From: Methanomicrobia archaeon LH_S13
GTDB taxonomy: Archaea > Halobacteriota > Syntropharchaeia > Alkanophagales > Methanospirareceae
Length of the DNA stretch: 39,200 bases
Assembly: GCA_023659785.1 (NCBI GenBank)
Contig: JAGXOR010000001.1
Span: 1-39,200, forward strand
Direction: 5' to 3'
Position 1 is the first letter of the stretch. Each line of letters starts with the position of its first letter. The position numbers and the translations under genes were made by a program. Of this stretch, positions 36,622 to 39,200 are shown in pieces. Under the pieces are notes generated by a model. It saw only the letters and a program-made list of their open reading frames with translations, was not told where the DNA came from and did not search any database.

Positions 36622-38412
36622 ATGACAAAAATATCAGCAAGTGGAATCGTAGGAATAGATTTAGGAACAACGAATTCAGCAGCGGCGGTGATGATAGGTG
36701 GTGAGCCGGTAATAATACCAAGTGAGGAGGGACTTACACCTTACGGTAAGATGTTTCCTTCTGTGGTGGCATTCACGGACGAAAATGAAAGATTGGTTGG
36801 TGAGTTAGCAAGGATGCACGCGGTTGAAAATCCTGATAGGACAGTGAGCGGGATAAAGAGGAAAATGGGCACTTCGCACAAGGTAAAAATAGGTCCGAGG
36901 GAATATACACCGCAGGAAATCTCTGCTATGATACTTCAAAAGATAAAGATGGATGCCGAGGAATATTTGGGAACGGAAGTAGAAAAGGCGGTTATCACCG
37001 TGCCCGCGTATTTTAACGATAATCAAAGGATAGCGACGAAAGAAGCGGGAAGAATTGCAGGTTTAGAAGTAGTCAGGCTGATAAACGAACCTACTGCCGC
37101 TTCTTTAGCTTATGGATTGGATAAAGAGAAGAAAGAGGAATTAAAGATTGCAGTGCTTGATTTGGGTGCAGGGACGTTTGACGTTACGATATTAAAGCTC
37201 AGAGAAGAGCTGTTCAAGGTCATCTCCACCAGTGGAGATACTCAATTAGGCGGGCTGGACATGGACGAGAAGCTCGTTGAATTCATGCTTAAGGAGTTGG
37301 AAAAGGAATACCGGCTTGACATAAGAAGAGATAAAAAGGCAATGCAAAAATTACGGTCTGCGACAGAGAGAGCGAAGATAGATTTATCTACTGCAAGTTC
37401 AACGAATATAGGCATATCATTTCCATTTGTTGAGTTGGGGTTAAATCAGAATATGAACCTGGATTTAAGCAGGGAAGAAATGGAAGAGTTAATCAAGCCC
37501 GTAATTCAGAGGTTGGATGAACCGATAAATCAAGCGTTAGAAGATGCGAAATTAGCTCCTGAGCACATAGATAAGGTTGTATTGGTAGGAGGACCAACGA
37601 GGATGCCTGTAGTGCGGGAAAAAATCGAGCGATTCTTTGGTAAGGAAGCGGAGAGAGGGATAGACCCGATGGAATGTGTGGCAAAAGGGGCTGCAATTCA
37701 AGCTGGTGTTCTCGCAGGTGAGATAGATGATGTGCTTCTGCTGGATGTAATTCCTCTTTCCTTAGGTATAGAGACCTCAGGCGGGATTTTTACGCCGATA
37801 ATGGAGAGGAATACGACAATACCGGTAGATGAGAGCGAGATATTTACCACCTCAAAGGATAACCAGATGAGGATGGCAATACACGTGCTACAAGGAGAAA
37901 GAGCAATGGCTGCGGATAACACAACACTCGGCTTGTTTTCCTTTGATGATATTCCAGTAGCACCAAAAAGGACTCCTCTAATTGATGTCGCTTTTGATAT
38001 AGATGCCGATGGCATTTTAAACGTGAGTGCCGAGGATTTAGACACGAGTAAGCGCAGGGAGATAAGGATCGAAGGGTCAACAAAACTTTCAGAAGAAGAA
38101 ATAGGAGGGATGATAAAAAAAGCGAAGAGACATGAAAAGGAGGATAAGAAAAGGAGAGAGAGTATAGAGACGCTAAATCAAGCAAAGGCGATAATAGATG
38201 CAGCAGAGCTTGCAATAAAAGAAATGTACGAAGATGAAGGAGTGAATGAACAAGGAAAGGGAGAGGTGAAAAAGGGTGTTTTACAATTAAAAGAAGGAAT
38301 GAAAGGTGAAGTTGAAGGCGATATTGACATTCAGAAGATTAAAAAAGATGCTGAGGAGTTGAAAAGAATAATGCAGAAGATGTTGATTGATAAAGGAGAA
38401 GGAGAAGAATAA
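36622..38412 (+). CDS. dnaK: Molecular chaperone DnaK/Hsp70 (cluster-associated paralog)
   Basis: GIDLGTTNS, TVPAYFND, INEPTAA, DLGAGTFD, LVGGPTRMP and DVLLLDVIPLSLG linker. Confidence 0.95.
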   Translation: MTKISASGIVGIDLGTTNSAAAVMIGGEPVIIPSEEGLTPYGKMFPSVVAFTDENERLVGELARMHAVENPDRTVSGIKRKMGTSHKVKIGPREYTPQEISAMILQKIKMDAEEYLGTEVEKAVITVPAYFNDNQRIATKEAGRIAGLEVVRLINEPTAASLAYGLDKEKKEELKIAVLDLGAGTFDVTILKLREELFKVISTSGDTQLGGLDMDEKLVEFMLKELEKEYRLDIRRDKKAMQKLRSATERAKIDLSTASSTNIGISFPFVELGLNQNMNLDLSREEMEELIKPVIQRLDEPINQALEDAKLAPEHIDKVVLVGGPTRMPVVREKIERFFGKEAERGIDPMECVAKGAAIQAGVLAGEIDDVLLLDVIPLSLGIETSGGIFTPIMERNTTIPVDESEIFTTSKDNQMRMAIHVLQGERAMAADNTTLGLFSFDDIPVAPKRTPLIDVAFDIDADGILNVSAEDLDTSKRREIRIEGSTKLSEEEIGGMIKKAKRHEKEDKKRRESIETLNQAKAIIDAAELAIKEMYEDEGVNEQGKGEVKKGVLQLKEGMKGEVEGDIDIQKIKKDAEELKRIMQKMLIDKGEGEE

Positions 38413-38435
38413 AATCATAGGGGTGAGATAAGAAT

Positions 38436-38952
38436 ATGGAAAAAGGGAAGAGGAAAAAAAAGAAGGGGTTGAATTTGATTTCGGGGGTTTATTTAAAGGT
38501 TTGGGAGACTTTTTTGAAAGTGTTGCAGAAATTGCAAAAGAGTGAAAGACGGAGATAGAGAAGACTGGAGAGATTACTTTTGATAAAGCGAAGAAACTAC
38601 GAGGGATGTATGGCATTAATGTTAAGGTCAGCAGTGCAGGCATACCTGTTGTAGAAACTTTCGGGACAAGAAAAAGAAAATACGAAAAGCGCGAGCCCCC
38701 AGAACTCGAAGCGAACCTTTAGTAGATGCTTTTGAGGAGGATGAAAAAGAAAGTATGAGAGTAATAGCAGAATTGCCGGGAACTGAGGAAAAGGATATAA
38801 AAATTGAGATAGAAGGGAATATTTTAAAATTATCTGCGGATAGTAAAGAAAGAAAGTATAGTAAAGATGTAACACTGCCCTGTGAAGTAACTGGCGATAT
38901 GCAAAAGACGTATAATAATGGGGTATTAGAGCTTATATTGAAGAAAAAATAG
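38436..38952 (+). pseudogene. Archaeal Hsp20/GvpH-like small heat-shock protein, disrupted
   Basis: FDFGGLFKGLGDF...GMYGINVK...PVVETFG, then EPLVDAFEE...VIAELPG...YNNGVLELILKK. Has a frameshift near the start, an in-frame TGA at 38543 and a second frameshift near 38710. Confidence 0.85.
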
Positions 38953-39024
38953 ATAGTTTTAAAATATGTTATATGACCTATTTTTAAACGGATAGAAATA
39001 TGTTAAAAATATGGAGGAGGGAAT

Positions 39025-39200
39025 ATGGAAAAAGAATATGAAAAGAGGAGAAAACGTCTAAAAGAGAGGTATCAAGCACGAAAAGAGAGATATGAGGAGC
39101 GTTACAAATCTGAAGCGCCGATGCCACCATCAGTAGAGGAAAAAGTAGAAGAAGAAATAAAGCCCAAAGTGGAAGCACCAGTACCGGTAGAGGAGGAAGA
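39025..39200 (+). CDS. Partial ORF running off the window (charged, Pro/Glu-rich N-terminus)
   Basis: RBS GGAGGAGG; MEKEYEKRRKRLKERYQARKERYEERYKSEAPMPPSVEEKVEEEIKPKVEAPVPVEE, open to the window edge. Confidence 0.6.
   Translation, partial: MEKEYEKRRKRLKERYQARKERYEERYKSEAPMPPSVEEKVEEEIKPKVEAPVPVEEE

Noticed and set aside
38543..38545. In-frame TGA in Hsp20 as possible selenocysteine or readthrough
   Set aside because: It is not a plausible Cys position and two frameshifts accompany it, so pseudogenisation is the simpler explanation.
1..39200. CRISPR array
   Set aside because: No regularly spaced direct repeats with unique spacers were seen, and no cas genes.

Overview
Archaeal chromosomal window. 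Evidence is TFB, Rad50, an FrhB-family F420 protein, an MfnE-like kinase and a DUF39-CBS homocysteine enzyme. The gene set fits a methanogen-related lineage such as ANME-1/Methanophagales (inference). Bases 1-28.4 kb hold housekeeping genes: moaC, moaA, AIR-synthase-like protein, ADP-ribosylglycohydrolase, tRNA-Gln(CTG) with a non-canonical C33, Lrp plus aminotransferase, a pck-porGD-porAB-frhB-like cluster, a DHPS-like protein, rad50, nadA and tfb. The intergenic spaces are full of IS200/IS605 (tnpB) relics, REP-like palindromes and gene fragments. From 28.7 kb to the window end lies an unusual gas-vesicle-like cluster, the best candidate for a new system. In order it encodes a MEDS-PadR regulator, an extended GvpF/L, GvpG, a highly divergent GvpA/J/M-like protein, a tandem ArsA/Get3 ATPase, eight small charged or Arg/Trp-rich ORFs (two are clear paralogs), a GvpF/L-J-domain fusion, DnaK and a broken Hsp20. 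All calls come from reading motifs by eye; no database searches were run.
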